This document shows, in pieces, positions 38,669 to 48,774 of a stretch of 64,000 nt of DNA. Location of the stretch: the NCBI GenBank assembly GCA_965228855.1, contig CBDDIJ010000003.1, forward strand, positions 1,504,001 through 1,568,000, written 5' to 3'. The position numbers and the translations under genes are program-made. Numbering within the stretch: the stretch's first letter is position 1; each line of letters opens with the position of its first letter. The notes below the pieces were generated by a model that saw only the letters and a program-made list of their open reading frames with translations, had not been told where the DNA came from and made no database searches. This DNA comes from Candidatus Obscuribacterales bacterium (lineage in GTDB: Bacteria > Cyanobacteriota > Vampirovibrionia > Obscuribacterales > Obscuribacteraceae).

Positions 38669-40003
38669 TCAGTGCATCCTCACCAAATCTTTTTCAAGCG
38701 CCTCGAGCGATTTCCCTTTTGTCTCAGGCATCAACTTCCAAACAAAAAGAATTTGAAGGAGCATCATGAACGCGAAAAATCCAAATACCGCGGGCTCGCC
38801 AGCGGCGGATACCACAACCGGGAATGAACCGGCGATGACGAAATTCCAAAACCAGTGTGTGAATGAGCCGACCGATTGACCATGGTTTCTTAATTGGTTT
38901 GGGAAAACCTCGGCCAAGAAAACCCACATAACCGCGCCTTGCGACATTGCAAAAGATGCGATGAAGGCAACCAACGCGATCAAAATGGCAATTTTGTCGA
39001 ATGACCCTGATGCGAAAATGACCGACATTCCGGACAGCGAAAAGAACAGACCGAAGGAGCCAATCCACATTAATGTCTTACGTCCGAATTTATCGATTGC
39101 CATCATGGCGCCGATAGTGGCAACCAGGTTTGTGACGCCTATAGCAAGGAACGTGAGACCGAGAGCTTCCTTCGTCGGCATGCCTGTTTTCTCTAGTATT
39201 CTCGGTGCGTAGTAGATGAAAACGTTTATGCCTGTGAACTGATTCAACGTTCCGAAAAAGAACGCGAGCATCGTGATGAATCGGTATTTCTTATCGAAAA
39301 GTGTCCAGAACGATGCCTGTGATTCTGACTCGATCAGAGTCTCTTTGATGTCTTGAATGATCACTTTGGGTTCTTCGGGATCCTTATAGATCGTTTCAAG
39401 CGTTTTCAAAGCCTCCGCATCGCGCCCTTTGCTTACCAACCAGCGGGGACTTTCCGGGACAAGGAACAATAGCGCGACAAACAGGAACGACGGAATCATC
39501 ATCGCTCCGAACATGTATCTCCAATTATCATCGAGTTTGCTCAGCGCTTCATTCGAAAAGTAAGCAACTAAAATTCCGATGACAATGTTTAGTTGTGCAA
39601 CCCCGACTAGTCGTCCGCGAATCCTGGCCGGAGACATTTCCGCGATGAACATGGGCGAAAGAACAGAAGCAAGACCTACTCCAATGCCTCCGATAAAACG
39701 TGAAAGGACAAGAATGTTCCAGGTAGGCGCAAGTGCACAACCAAGAGAAGAGATGAAATATAGAATGCCGGTTATGAACAAAGAATTTTTGCGACCGAGT
39801 GCACGCGCAGGAAAACCAGCGACGATAGCGCCGATTATCGTTCCAAGCAGGGCGCTGCTTACCGTCCATCCCCACTCGGCATCGTTTAGTTTAAAATACG
39901 GCACCACAAACGGATCTGTACCGGAAATCACAGCTGTATCGAATCCGAAGAGAAATCCACCCAGCGCTGCCACAAAGGTAATGAAAAATAGAATTGGTTT
40001 CAT
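38669..40003 (-). CDS. Sugar porter family MFS transporter (XylE/GalP-like)
   Basis: GGFLFGFDTAVISG, GRK, AEMSPARIRGRL, PESPRWL, QFTGIN..IYY, DKFGRK, PETKGKSLE. Confidence 0.95.
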   Translation of the reverse strand: MKPILFFITFVAALGGFLFGFDTAVISGTDPFVVPYFKLNDAEWGWTVSSALLGTIIGAIVAGFPARALGRKNSLFITGILYFISSLGCALAPTWNILVLSRFIGGIGVGLASVLSPMFIAEMSPARIRGRLVGVAQLNIVIGILVAYFSNEALSKLDDNWRYMFGAMMIPSFLFVALLFLVPESPRWLVSKGRDAEALKTLETIYKDPEEPKVIIQDIKETLIESESQASFWTLFDKKYRFITMLAFFFGTLNQFTGINVFIYYAPRILEKTGMPTKEALGLTFLAIGVTNLVATIGAMMAIDKFGRKTLMWIGSFGLFFSLSGMSVIFASGSFDKIAILIALVAFIASFAMSQGAVMWVFLAEVFPNQLRNHGQSVGSFTHWFWNFVIAGSFPVVVSAAGEPAVFGFFAFMMLLQILFVWKLMPETKGKSLEALEKDLVRMH

Positions 40004-40176
40004 TGCAAGTTTCTGTACTGGACTTGTCAGGGTTGCCGTCGCCGCAGTTGAAGGCAAATCAGGCAGACAAGACTCTAAGGTCAACCGACCTGATTGCAGG
40101 TCCTGACTTTAGCACGTTTTGGCAGGCGGCGGTGTGGTCTGCAAGCCGATCGGCATTGACTGTATAATCTCTTTCC

Positions 40177-43083
40177 ATGGAGTTGAATATTACATTCGGG
40201 TGGCATCTTGACGGTCCCTCGTTTCCCGAAGAACCAGGTCTCGGTCAGTTGACCGCAGGTCCAATTGGCATGTTGAATCAGCTCTGTCTTCGCCTGGGAT
40301 TGATTACGAGATACCCTGCTCAAGCGGTGCGCATTGCTCAGTACCTCTCCCTGTTGAAGGCTAGCGACGACGGCAGCTATTTTTACTCGCAGTCGCTCAA
40401 AACAGACTCATGGGGAACTGCTAAAGCTATTTTGTCATTGCGAGATGATCTTCTCGCTAATGGATGGAAACCACTGGCAGCGAGCGAGGCCAACGTCGAT
40501 GTTCCTGCCAGACTTGCCGCCATATCTCAAATCGAAAAGCGCGCCGGTAATAAACTAACCTGTTTGACAGATATGATCGGTCCAATACTCGAGGCGCTCG
40601 ATACTGTAGATGACGTGAGAATATCTTCTATATCAATCTTGGACGGAATCGAACTTCTTCCGCCCATCTGGCAAAAGTTATTTTTGAAACTGGAATCGAA
40701 GAATGTACAGATTAAAGAATGGTTCGGATGCGACGAGAACAGCACCCCGATATCAGAGGATGTTTCTGAACAGCTTATATCGAGTCAAGCAAGCGCTGAT
40801 TCAGGGCTGGGAACCAGGAGTTTATCCGATGTCGCTAAACTGGGTGCGTTTCTGAACGCCAATGAGAAACTGAAATTTACAGGCGATGGTTCTCTTCTGA
40901 TTCTTGAGTCTGATGATGAGGTTCAGGCAGCCGACTACATTGCAAATTTACTCCCGCAATTAGCCGGGCAGAGACAAACGGTGATTATCCGCGGAGCGTC
41001 GACATCCTTTCTGGATAAGATGTTGAAGCATCAAAATCTGCCTGCTATTGGAGGTCCGAGGAAGTCGGCGCTGCGAGGTTATCTGCAACTATTGCCTCTG
41101 GCGCTGGAGCTTCTCTGGGAGCCCTTTGATCCGGTGAGAATGATTGAGTTTCTCTTGCTTCCGTATGGACCAATCCCCCCGTCGATAGCCAGGAGTTTTA
41201 CCTATGCGCTGAGCCGCGAGCCTGGTATCGGGGGTAGTGCCTGGGAAAAAGCCTGGAGAGACACGCGAGAACAACTGAAGAAATGGCAGACTGAGGACAA
41301 AAAAGAGCATTTCGTATGTTTTGAGACTGAAACGACTATTACCGAACCGAACAAGAAAGCCGATAATGTAGAGACCGATGCTCCGCTTGCGCGTGAACTG
41401 AGCCTGAAGAAATGGTTGGAATCAGAGAGATTCGACATCTCTTCCGGCATTCCTACTTCGGTAGTTCTCGATCTGTGTCGGCGGGTCAAGCAGCATGCTC
41501 ACCTCCGCCTTAATACAGTTTTTCCAGAATCGTTATCCTCAGAGAATCTCGTGTTCTTGCAGACAGCCGTCTGTGCAGAAACGCTTGTATCGACGGTCTC
41601 CGCGATGAATGTCGAATCGATATCGCGATCGCAGTTGATGCGCATCATCGAGTCCGTAATGGGCGAAGGATATTCGCCCGACAACCCTGAAGCCTCGGAA
41701 TGGTCGTCGGTCGATCATCCCGGACAGATAACGGCGCACGCAGATACAGTTATCTGGTGGGGATTTGTAGATAACGAGAAGCATGGTTTTACTACTCCCT
41801 GGTCTGCCGGTGAGTCTGCGTATCTGGAAAGCGTTGGCGTTCACGTCGACACGGCGCAGAGTGCTGTCGTTCGTGAAGCCAAAAGTTGGTGCCGTCCGAT
41901 TTTCACTTCTGCAAAACAGTTGTTGCTGGTAAAACCACGCGCAGTTGCTGGCAGAACTGTCGCGGCTCATCCTTTTTACCACGAAATATCAGCGGCACTG
42001 GAATTCACCCCGCACCGGACACGCTCGTCATTAATCAAACAAGCTCATCAGATTTACGAAGGAGCTTTTACCGACTGTTTGAACATATGCATAAAAAGTG
42101 AGCTGGTTAAACACACGGAACTCCCATCAAAGCGTCCACGCTGGAACATATCCGCTCACGCAATTGAACCGTCGAAAGAATCTGCAACCAGCCTGCAACG
42201 CTTGCTTGGCTGTCCACTTAATTGGATGCTGGAGCACAAAGCAAAATTCAAATTTGGACATTTGCTTTCTATCAGTGCAGGAGAGCAACTGGCTGGCAAT
42301 CTGGCACATGCGGTTTTTGCCCGAGTCTTCAATAACGCGAACTATTCGACTAATGCAGCTCAATCTGCGCAAATGTATTTCGATCAGTTGTGCCCTCAGG
42401 TCGCAGCACCTCTAATGTTGCCCGGAAACAGTTTGGAGAGGCAGCGCCTCAGGCAAGCGGTTGTCGAAGGTGCCGACTCACTTGCGCGCATGATCGATGA
42501 CGCTAAATTTTCCAAGGTTATCTGTGAAGTTGAACAGAACGTTACGCTTGACGGTGTTTCACTAACAGGTCGTCCTGACATGGTGCTCATCCACCCGGAT
42601 AATTCGGATTATGTCATAGACCTGAAGTGGACAAGGCGTGCGCCCTATCGACGACGAGAAATCAGTGAGGGGCGAGCAATTCAGTTGGCTCTTTATGCAA
42701 CACTGATTAGAAAAGATAGCGGTCTTGCCACAGAGGGCGGTTACTTTATGATCGCGCAAAAACAGTTATATTCGACCAGCGCGAAACTGTTTCCCGAACA
42801 CATGTACGTAGAGGGATTATCGCTGCGACACACCTTTGAAAACGTACTCCAGAACTATAAAACGCACCTCGAGATACTCGAAGGGGGCACCATATATGCC
42901 ACCGGTGTAAGTGTCGGCAGCAATGATGTTATTGAAACTGACGACGGCGGTATCGACATCTATCTGGACGATGAGCCCGAACATCCATCTCAGAAAGTTC
43001 CCGGAATCACACTTGCCCTCGAGCCGCCATGTCGGATTTGCAACTTCGCGCGCTTGTGCGGTTACAAGGAGTATCAATCGTGA
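40177..43083 (+). CDS. AddB-like PD-(D/E)XK nuclease subunit
   Basis: C-terminal SATSL..LLGCP, GRPD, IDLK, IQLALY, PCRICNFARLC (1+3 Cys, Fe-S type arrangement). Confidence 0.85.
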   Translation: MELNITFGWHLDGPSFPEEPGLGQLTAGPIGMLNQLCLRLGLITRYPAQAVRIAQYLSLLKASDDGSYFYSQSLKTDSWGTAKAILSLRDDLLANGWKPLAASEANVDVPARLAAISQIEKRAGNKLTCLTDMIGPILEALDTVDDVRISSISILDGIELLPPIWQKLFLKLESKNVQIKEWFGCDENSTPISEDVSEQLISSQASADSGLGTRSLSDVAKLGAFLNANEKLKFTGDGSLLILESDDEVQAADYIANLLPQLAGQRQTVIIRGASTSFLDKMLKHQNLPAIGGPRKSALRGYLQLLPLALELLWEPFDPVRMIEFLLLPYGPIPPSIARSFTYALSREPGIGGSAWEKAWRDTREQLKKWQTEDKKEHFVCFETETTITEPNKKADNVETDAPLARELSLKKWLESERFDISSGIPTSVVLDLCRRVKQHAHLRLNTVFPESLSSENLVFLQTAVCAETLVSTVSAMNVESISRSQLMRIIESVMGEGYSPDNPEASEWSSVDHPGQITAHADTVIWWGFVDNEKHGFTTPWSAGESAYLESVGVHVDTAQSAVVREAKSWCRPIFTSAKQLLLVKPRAVAGRTVAAHPFYHEISAALEFTPHRTRSSLIKQAHQIYEGAFTDCLNICIKSELVKHTELPSKRPRWNISAHAIEPSKESATSLQRLLGCPLNWMLEHKAKFKFGHLLSISAGEQLAGNLAHAVFARVFNNANYSTNAAQSAQMYFDQLCPQVAAPLMLPGNSLERQRLRQAVVEGADSLARMIDDAKFSKVICEVEQNVTLDGVSLTGRPDMVLIHPDNSDYVIDLKWTRRAPYRRREISEGRAIQLALYATLIRKDSGLATEGGYFMIAQKQLYSTSAKLFPEHMYVEGLSLRHTFENVLQNYKTHLEILEGGTIYATGVSVGSNDVIETDDGGIDIYLDDEPEHPSQKVPGITLALEPPCRICNFARLCGYKEYQS

Positions 43084-46000
43084 GCATGGATGATGCGATT
43101 ATCGAACCGGTCGACACTGTTTCAATCAAACCGATAACAGTCATAGCCGCCAGTGCCGGCACTGGCAAAACCTACCGGCTGTCTCAAGAGTATCTGAAAG
43201 GTCTGGAGGCGACGACCAGGAACGATTCGGGCATTATAGCCACCACCTTCACGAATAAAGCCGCCGACGAATTGCTCGAGCGCATTCGACGCCTGCTTCT
43301 CGCCGAAGGCAACTGGCTTGCAGCGCAGGGCGTTTTAAGTGGTTACCTGGGAACAGTAAATGCTCTCTGCGGCCGCTTCTTAGCCGAACACGCCATCGAC
43401 GCCGGTCTGTCGCCGGATTTAACGATTATCGCAGAAGACCGATTACAAGCCGTTTTTGCAATTGCAGTGGACTCGGTCATTCATGAATTTGCCGGGCAAA
43501 TGCACGGACCGACAACACGCCTTCAGCTCGACAACTGGAGGCGCGATGTGCAAACAGTAATCGACCTCGCCCGCGACAATAACATCGAAGCGGAGGAACT
43601 CGAGAATCTTGCCGAGCAGTCCTGGCAAACCCTGAAAAAACTTCTTCCGATATCGGACTGTGAACATGCCGACAATCTCGATGCCGTAATAGCGCAGAAG
43701 ATCGACGAAATTTTGAAACAGCTTCCCGGCAAAGACGACCACACAAAAGGTACTCAGTCCGTCATCGAAAAACTAAAAGATGTTCGTTTGAAAATTAAGA
43801 GCGGTTCGCACATCGTTTGGCAGTCATGGGCGGATATGTCCAAACTGGCGGTCGGAAAGAATAGTCGAGAAATCATCGAACCGCTTGTGCAGGCCGCTCA
43901 AGTATACGCGCGGCATCCGCGCCTGCACGATGACATTAAGACTGTCATCTTTGGCGTGTTTCGTTGCGCCGCAGCTGCTATGAAAACCTACGAGGCTTAT
44001 AAGCGAGAGCACGGTCTGATTGACTTTGTCGACCAGATGCTGCTTACGCTCAAACTTCTGCAAAACCCTCAAGTCAGAGAGGCACTGCAGTCGAGGACAC
44101 ACCTTCTACTCGTAGACGAGTTTCAAGATACAAGTCCAATTCAGTTATCGATATTTCTGGAGCTCGCAAAACTGGTCGAATACTCCGTGTGGGTCGGCGA
44201 TGAGAAGCAGTCTATTTTTGGGTTCCGAGGGTCGGATCCCGAACTCATGCGCCAGGCAATTGAGACCCTTGTCACCAAAACTGGTGGCAGCAAAGATGTA
44301 TTGGTACGATCGTATCGGTCAAGACCAAAGCTAGTCGGTTTTACCAACGCCTTATTTTCCAGATGCGACCAGCTGCGCCTCATAACATCGACTAGCTCGA
44401 TCATCGAAGAAGTAAACCGCACTGAGTTCGAAGAACAGAATGATCCGTTGCACGTTTGGTGGCTGAAGGGCAAGCGGCAGGAGCAGTCATTCGCCTGTCT
44501 GGCAGCGGGGATCCGGGAGGTTCTGGACAATCCGGAAAAATGGCAGGTCCTTGACCGACACACCCAACAGCTTCGCCCAATCACAGGTTCGGACATAGCG
44601 ATTCTTTGCACGCGAAACACCAACCGCATAAAGGCCGCTAAAGCTCTGGTTGCTGTCGGGCTCACTGTAGCGACTGAGCGCGACGGCTTGCTCGACACAC
44701 CGGAGTGCGTTCTGGCTTGCGCGGCACTGAGAATAATCGTAGACGAAACCGATACACTGTCAGTTGCGGAACTCGCTAATCTGCTCTCTGACAGTTCCGG
44801 CGCCTGGCTAGATGACGCTATCAAATTGCGAGGGAAGACCAGGTCGAAAAACTGGCAGTCTGTTGAATCTCCGCAGTTATCTAAAACCAATCAGTGTCTG
44901 GACGATTTGAACCGGATAAAGTCAGCTTGCCTCGATCGCACACCTTCGGAGGTTCTCGAGAGTGCCATCAATGCCGATGGCATCATGAACACGATTATCT
45001 CGTGGGGCAATGTGCGTCAACGTCTGGCGAACCTTGATTCACTTCGGGGAATCGCCAAAACATACGAGGACTTATGCACTTCGTCAAGGATGCCCGCCAC
45101 AGCAGCTGGTCTGATTTTGCACCTGCATAAGTTCGTCGTGAATGGTGGCAGTCAATCAGCGAATCCAGATGAGAACGGCATTCACATACTCACGTATCAC
45201 AAGTCAAAAGGTCTTGAGTGGCCGATGGTCATACTTTGTGATCTGGACAGAGCGATTCCAGGCAACCCGTTCGGAGTCAAAGTTGAATCTAACAAGGCTG
45301 AACTCGATCCACTCAATCCACTACTAGGCAGAACGATTCGTTACTGGCCGTGGCCGTTCGGGAAGCAGCGATCCAAAATTGCACTGAATGATCAGGCTAT
45401 GAAAACCCCGCAAGGAAAAATTGCCGCCAAGCAGACCGCATCTGAAAACGTTCGCCTTCTCTACGTAGGTATGACGAGAGCACGTGACTACTTGGTTTTC
45501 GGGTGTCGTCCATATGGTTATGGCCCGCAATGGTTGAAATGTTTAACGGACAAAGAGTACGACTTGCCGCTCATGACCCTGTCCGATCGCGGCATCGCCT
45601 ATAAAGCCGAACTGATAGAAGAGGTTCCAGAATCGCTGACGCAGTTTACACCAATTGAAGAGCCGTCACCGGAGCAGTACTCGTCTATGAAGACCTCAGA
45701 TTGGTATTCCCCAATTCCCGTCCCGCAAGATAAAACAACAAAACATCCTCGCTATTACCTAAATCCCAGTGCAGCTTCCGATACTGACTTCGCGCTGGTC
45801 GCCGGCAGTAAAACCGAAACATACATAATCGGCGAGCGAATTCCCCTCAAGGGGACTCCTGACATGCTTACTGTCGGAGACTGCGTTCACGCGTTCCTGG
45901 CAGTTGATGATCAATCATCTGCCATGGAGAAGCGTATGGAAACGGCATCAAGGGTGGTGGCAGGTTTCAACGTCGAGAACCTGGAATTGCAGTCGTTGCC

Positions 46001-46355
46001 TGAGATGACCGATCGCTTGATGAAGTTCCTCGTCACTCGTTACCCGAAAATCATATTGGGTCATGAGATGCCTATACAGGGAAACCTTGGGCTGCGAAGA
46101 ATTCGGGGAACGATAGATCTTCTGGGTGAGACCGACGAAGGTTTTATCCTGATCGACCACAAAAGCTTCCCCGGGAGATTCGAAGAATGGGAAAGTAAAG
46201 CACTTTCACATGCAGCCCAACTGGCGCTATACAAACACGTGATCGAACAAGCGACTGGAAAGCCTTGCATAGCGCAATACATTCACATGCCAGTCGTCGG
46301 CGCGATCATCAGTCTCGATTTCCGACTGCAGCCGCTTTCCGGATGTAAACCATAG
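43080..46355 (+). CDS. AddA-like UvrD helicase with a C-terminal nuclease
   Basis: ASAGTGKT, TFTNKAA.EL, VDEFQDT, VGDEKQSIFGFRG, SYRS, TYHKSKGLEW, YVGMTRAR; GTIDLL..IDHK..QLALY; GTGA overlap with the upstream gene. Confidence 0.92.
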   Translation: MSMDDAIIEPVDTVSIKPITVIAASAGTGKTYRLSQEYLKGLEATTRNDSGIIATTFTNKAADELLERIRRLLLAEGNWLAAQGVLSGYLGTVNALCGRFLAEHAIDAGLSPDLTIIAEDRLQAVFAIAVDSVIHEFAGQMHGPTTRLQLDNWRRDVQTVIDLARDNNIEAEELENLAEQSWQTLKKLLPISDCEHADNLDAVIAQKIDEILKQLPGKDDHTKGTQSVIEKLKDVRLKIKSGSHIVWQSWADMSKLAVGKNSREIIEPLVQAAQVYARHPRLHDDIKTVIFGVFRCAAAAMKTYEAYKREHGLIDFVDQMLLTLKLLQNPQVREALQSRTHLLLVDEFQDTSPIQLSIFLELAKLVEYSVWVGDEKQSIFGFRGSDPELMRQAIETLVTKTGGSKDVLVRSYRSRPKLVGFTNALFSRCDQLRLITSTSSIIEEVNRTEFEEQNDPLHVWWLKGKRQEQSFACLAAGIREVLDNPEKWQVLDRHTQQLRPITGSDIAILCTRNTNRIKAAKALVAVGLTVATERDGLLDTPECVLACAALRIIVDETDTLSVAELANLLSDSSGAWLDDAIKLRGKTRSKNWQSVESPQLSKTNQCLDDLNRIKSACLDRTPSEVLESAINADGIMNTIISWGNVRQRLANLDSLRGIAKTYEDLCTSSRMPATAAGLILHLHKFVVNGGSQSANPDENGIHILTYHKSKGLEWPMVILCDLDRAIPGNPFGVKVESNKAELDPLNPLLGRTIRYWPWPFGKQRSKIALNDQAMKTPQGKIAAKQTASENVRLLYVGMTRARDYLVFGCRPYGYGPQWLKCLTDKEYDLPLMTLSDRGIAYKAELIEEVPESLTQFTPIEEPSPEQYSSMKTSDWYSPIPVPQDKTTKHPRYYLNPSAASDTDFALVAGSKTETYIIGERIPLKGTPDMLTVGDCVHAFLAVDDQSSAMEKRMETASRVVAGFNVENLELQSLPEMTDRLMKFLVTRYPKIILGHEMPIQGNLGLRRIRGTIDLLGETDEGFILIDHKSFPGRFEEWESKALSHAAQLALYKHVIEQATGKPCIAQYIHMPVVGAIISLDFRLQPLSGCKP

Positions 46356-46367
46356 ATACTGATTGCA

Positions 46368-46838
46368 TTACCAACGATGGAAGGCAGGGTGCCCCTCTTT
46401 TACGGCCACAAAAACAGACGTGCAGGTCGCACAGACTTTTCCGCCAGCAACTAATTCCCCATATACAGTCGCTCTATCCTCTTTCGAATCGACGACCCGT
46501 GCCACCATTGTAATTGCACCATCACATGGCGTCGGTCTCTTGAATTTCACATTATGCTCCGCCGTAACAGTACACGGAGGCGAGCTCAGACCATTTTGCT
46601 GCATAATGTGCCAGGACGCCATCCAGTTGCAATGACAATCTAAAAGACTGCAAACCATACCGCCATATATGATTCCTGGAAAGGCCTGGAACTTCGTCTC
46701 AGGCTGCCACGAGGCTACCAGGCTCCCGTCATCCTGAGGGAAGCTACTTATATGCAGACCATCCGGGTTAGCCGGACCGCATCCGTAGCAAATGCTCTTA
46801 GGCGCGTATTGTACCTGCAGGCAAATTTTTTCAGACAA
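46368..46838 (-). CDS. PaaI family thioesterase
   Basis: CYGCGPANPDGL, PGIIYGG..SLLDCH, VTA..VKFKRPTP. Confidence 0.88.
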   Translation of the reverse strand: MSEKICLQVQYAPKSICYGCGPANPDGLHISSFPQDDGSLVASWQPETKFQAFPGIIYGGMVCSLLDCHCNWMASWHIMQQNGLSSPPCTVTAEHNVKFKRPTPCDGAITMVARVVDSKEDRATVYGELVAGGKVCATCTSVFVAVKEGHPAFHRW

Positions 46839-46895
46839 GTTGAAATCCTCTCAGTAACGCAAACCATAGCCTAGCATGCCATTCATCGATTCCTA

Positions 46896-46923
46896 GTTCG
46901 TAAACCGATATCGATTTACGATA
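46896..46923. repeat. Single CGATATCG-core palindrome
   Basis: TTCGTAAACCGATATCGATTTACGAT. Confidence 0.85.
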
Positions 46924-47186
46924 AGCGCCGACTGTAATCTCGCAAAGCAAATCACCTGAAAGGTCATATCCCTTCGGTTTTCAGCGTTCCATTGCCGGCA
47001 ACACTCCATCCCTCGTCTGCTAGTTAAGTAAATAAGTTACCGAATGCCTAGCATCTGGCTCGGGAATTTGAAGAAGCGCATGCAAAGAATGCCGACAACT
47101 TAAATCGAAATTGTTGAATACAGAGCGGAGCCGGCATGAATTGAACCGCGAGCCCAGAGAAAACTAAGACAAGCAGTTTATTGAGT

Positions 47187-47750
47187 ATGAAACCAATCGA
47201 AGTCACCCACTTCACCAAGCGGCTTGTGCTGGAGCCGCTAACTAAGCAGCATGCAAGCAAACTCTTTGAAGGGTTTAGCTCCCCTAAGTTATACGAATAT
47301 ATCCCGCAGAATCCACCGGCTTCGACGTCTGAATTGGAGACTCGGTACGGACACCTGGAAAAACGCACTTCTCCTGATGGTGGCAGCCTGTGGTTGAACT
47401 GGGCTTGCCGGTTGATAGCGAGTGACATTTATATAGGATTAGTTGAGGTAACATTAGACATTCACTCAATCGATGCGGCATTGGCGTACTTCATTTTCTC
47501 AGATCATCAGCACCTTGGATACGCAAGAGAGGCATGCGAGGCAGTACTTGAGCATATTTTCAGAGACTACGAGGCAGTGTCTTCGACATCTGAAATTGAC
47601 GACCTAAATGAAGCATCGATAGCCCTCGCTCATAGACTAGGTTTTCGGAAACTGGGGGACTCAAGAGCCGTTACTCCTTATAAAGGGAAAGCTCATTCTG
47701 AGGGAAGATATTCACTAACTCGCGAACGTTGGATGAGTCGCTCAACGTAG
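47187..47750 (+). CDS. GNAT N-acetyltransferase (RimJ/RimL-like)
   Basis: TKRLVLEPL, LAY.I....GYAREA, NEASIALA.RLGF. Confidence 0.88.
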   Translation: MKPIEVTHFTKRLVLEPLTKQHASKLFEGFSSPKLYEYIPQNPPASTSELETRYGHLEKRTSPDGGSLWLNWACRLIASDIYIGLVEVTLDIHSIDAALAYFIFSDHQHLGYAREACEAVLEHIFRDYEAVSSTSEIDDLNEASIALAHRLGFRKLGDSRAVTPYKGKAHSEGRYSLTRERWMSRST

Positions 47751-47826
47751 TGCTTATAGAGCTATGGGTCGTCGCAGTTCGCGAGAGTTGACGAACACAT
47801 TCGTGTCAAGAAAATAAACGAGCTTA

Positions 47827-48405
47827 CTAGTCTCGTGAGATGAAAAAGGCTCTTCTTAGTTTCTCCTTGCCGACAATAGTACCGACGGCTCGGAACGAGA
47901 AGAACACAATGAAAGTCACGAAGAACGCAAGTTGATGAGCAAGAAAACAAGGCCAGAATGTTTGAGGATTAGACGCTGGTGTAGCTCCCTTCTCGTGGTG
48001 AAAGAAACGTTCCTCGAAATGCATAATCACGTTTACGAGCGCAGTGAACAAAATTGACTTGTAAAGAACAGGATAGATAAAGGGTTTGTGCTCGAATCTT
48101 TTAGCCAGAGGCATTTTTTCGAGAACAAAAACAAACTTACCCAGGGCTACTGAACCGACCAGTGCAGTAGCATAGCTGGTAAGAAAATCGTTCTGAGAAC
48201 AGGCTACTAGCAGCGTCGTACAGCGAAATGTTTGCAGAATGCAAAAGGAGACGGCGAGGTATGCCATCACTGTTCCAACTTCGATAGCCTCTTCTCGTAA
48301 CTTCTCCTTCCAGGATTTTTTTTCGATGATAGTGCCTGAATCGCTCACAGATGAGGATTCAATCGAAGGCGTCTCTTGATCGGCTAGGGGCACAGATTCG
48401 TTCAT
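47827..48405 (-). CDS. Hypothetical membrane protein (about 4 TM)
   Basis: Four hydrophobic segments; no family recognised. Confidence 0.75.
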   Translation of the reverse strand: MNESVPLADQETPSIESSSVSDSGTIIEKKSWKEKLREEAIEVGTVMAYLAVSFCILQTFRCTTLLVACSQNDFLTSYATALVGSVALGKFVFVLEKMPLAKRFEHKPFIYPVLYKSILFTALVNVIMHFEERFFHHEKGATPASNPQTFWPCFLAHQLAFFVTFIVFFSFRAVGTIVGKEKLRRAFFISRD

Positions 48406-48539
48406 ACTTGATGGCGGCGGAGGACATGGGGACCGGCAGGTGCATCATTTTAGCAGTCCAATTCTTCAAGCGCGCTAGTCAGCATCGATAGGTGACGAAT
48501 TGAAGGGCGGACGTGAAGTTTACGTTTCGTTTAAAATGC

Positions 48540-48568
48540 TTGAAAACCATTCAGTCCTGGGTTAACCT
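48540..48568 (+). promoter_or_regulatory. Candidate sigma-70 promoter of the his operon
   Basis: TTGAAA, 17-bp spacer, TAACCT, upstream of the leader ORF. Confidence 0.45.
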
Positions 48569-48601
48569 CCCAGTACTAGTTGCGCAAGGACTGCTATCGA
48601 C

Positions 48602-48700
48602 ATGGTTGTCGGACTCCCACAAAACTTGAATCTGGCGGTTGATGCCCACGGACATCACCATCATCATCATGTTTTCCGGCGGAGCGGCCTGAACGGATAG
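48602..48700 (+). CDS. hisL: his operon leader peptide (32 aa)
   Basis: Manual translation MVVGLPQNLNLAVDAHGHHHHHHVFRRSGLNG*; six consecutive His codons. Confidence 0.88.
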   Translation: MVVGLPQNLNLAVDAHGHHHHHHVFRRSGLNG

Positions 48701-48726
48701 ACACAGCATTGTGCTAGACCTTCTTC

Positions 48727-48756
48727 AAGAGCCCGCTCCGGCGGGCTCTTTTTGTT
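48727..48756 (+). terminator. his attenuator terminator
   Basis: AAGAGCCCGC-TCCG-GCGGGCTCTT followed by TTTGTT; antiterminator partner CCGGCGGAGCGG at 48676-48687. Confidence 0.9.
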
Positions 48757-48774
48757 CTTCAAGGGGATAAATCT

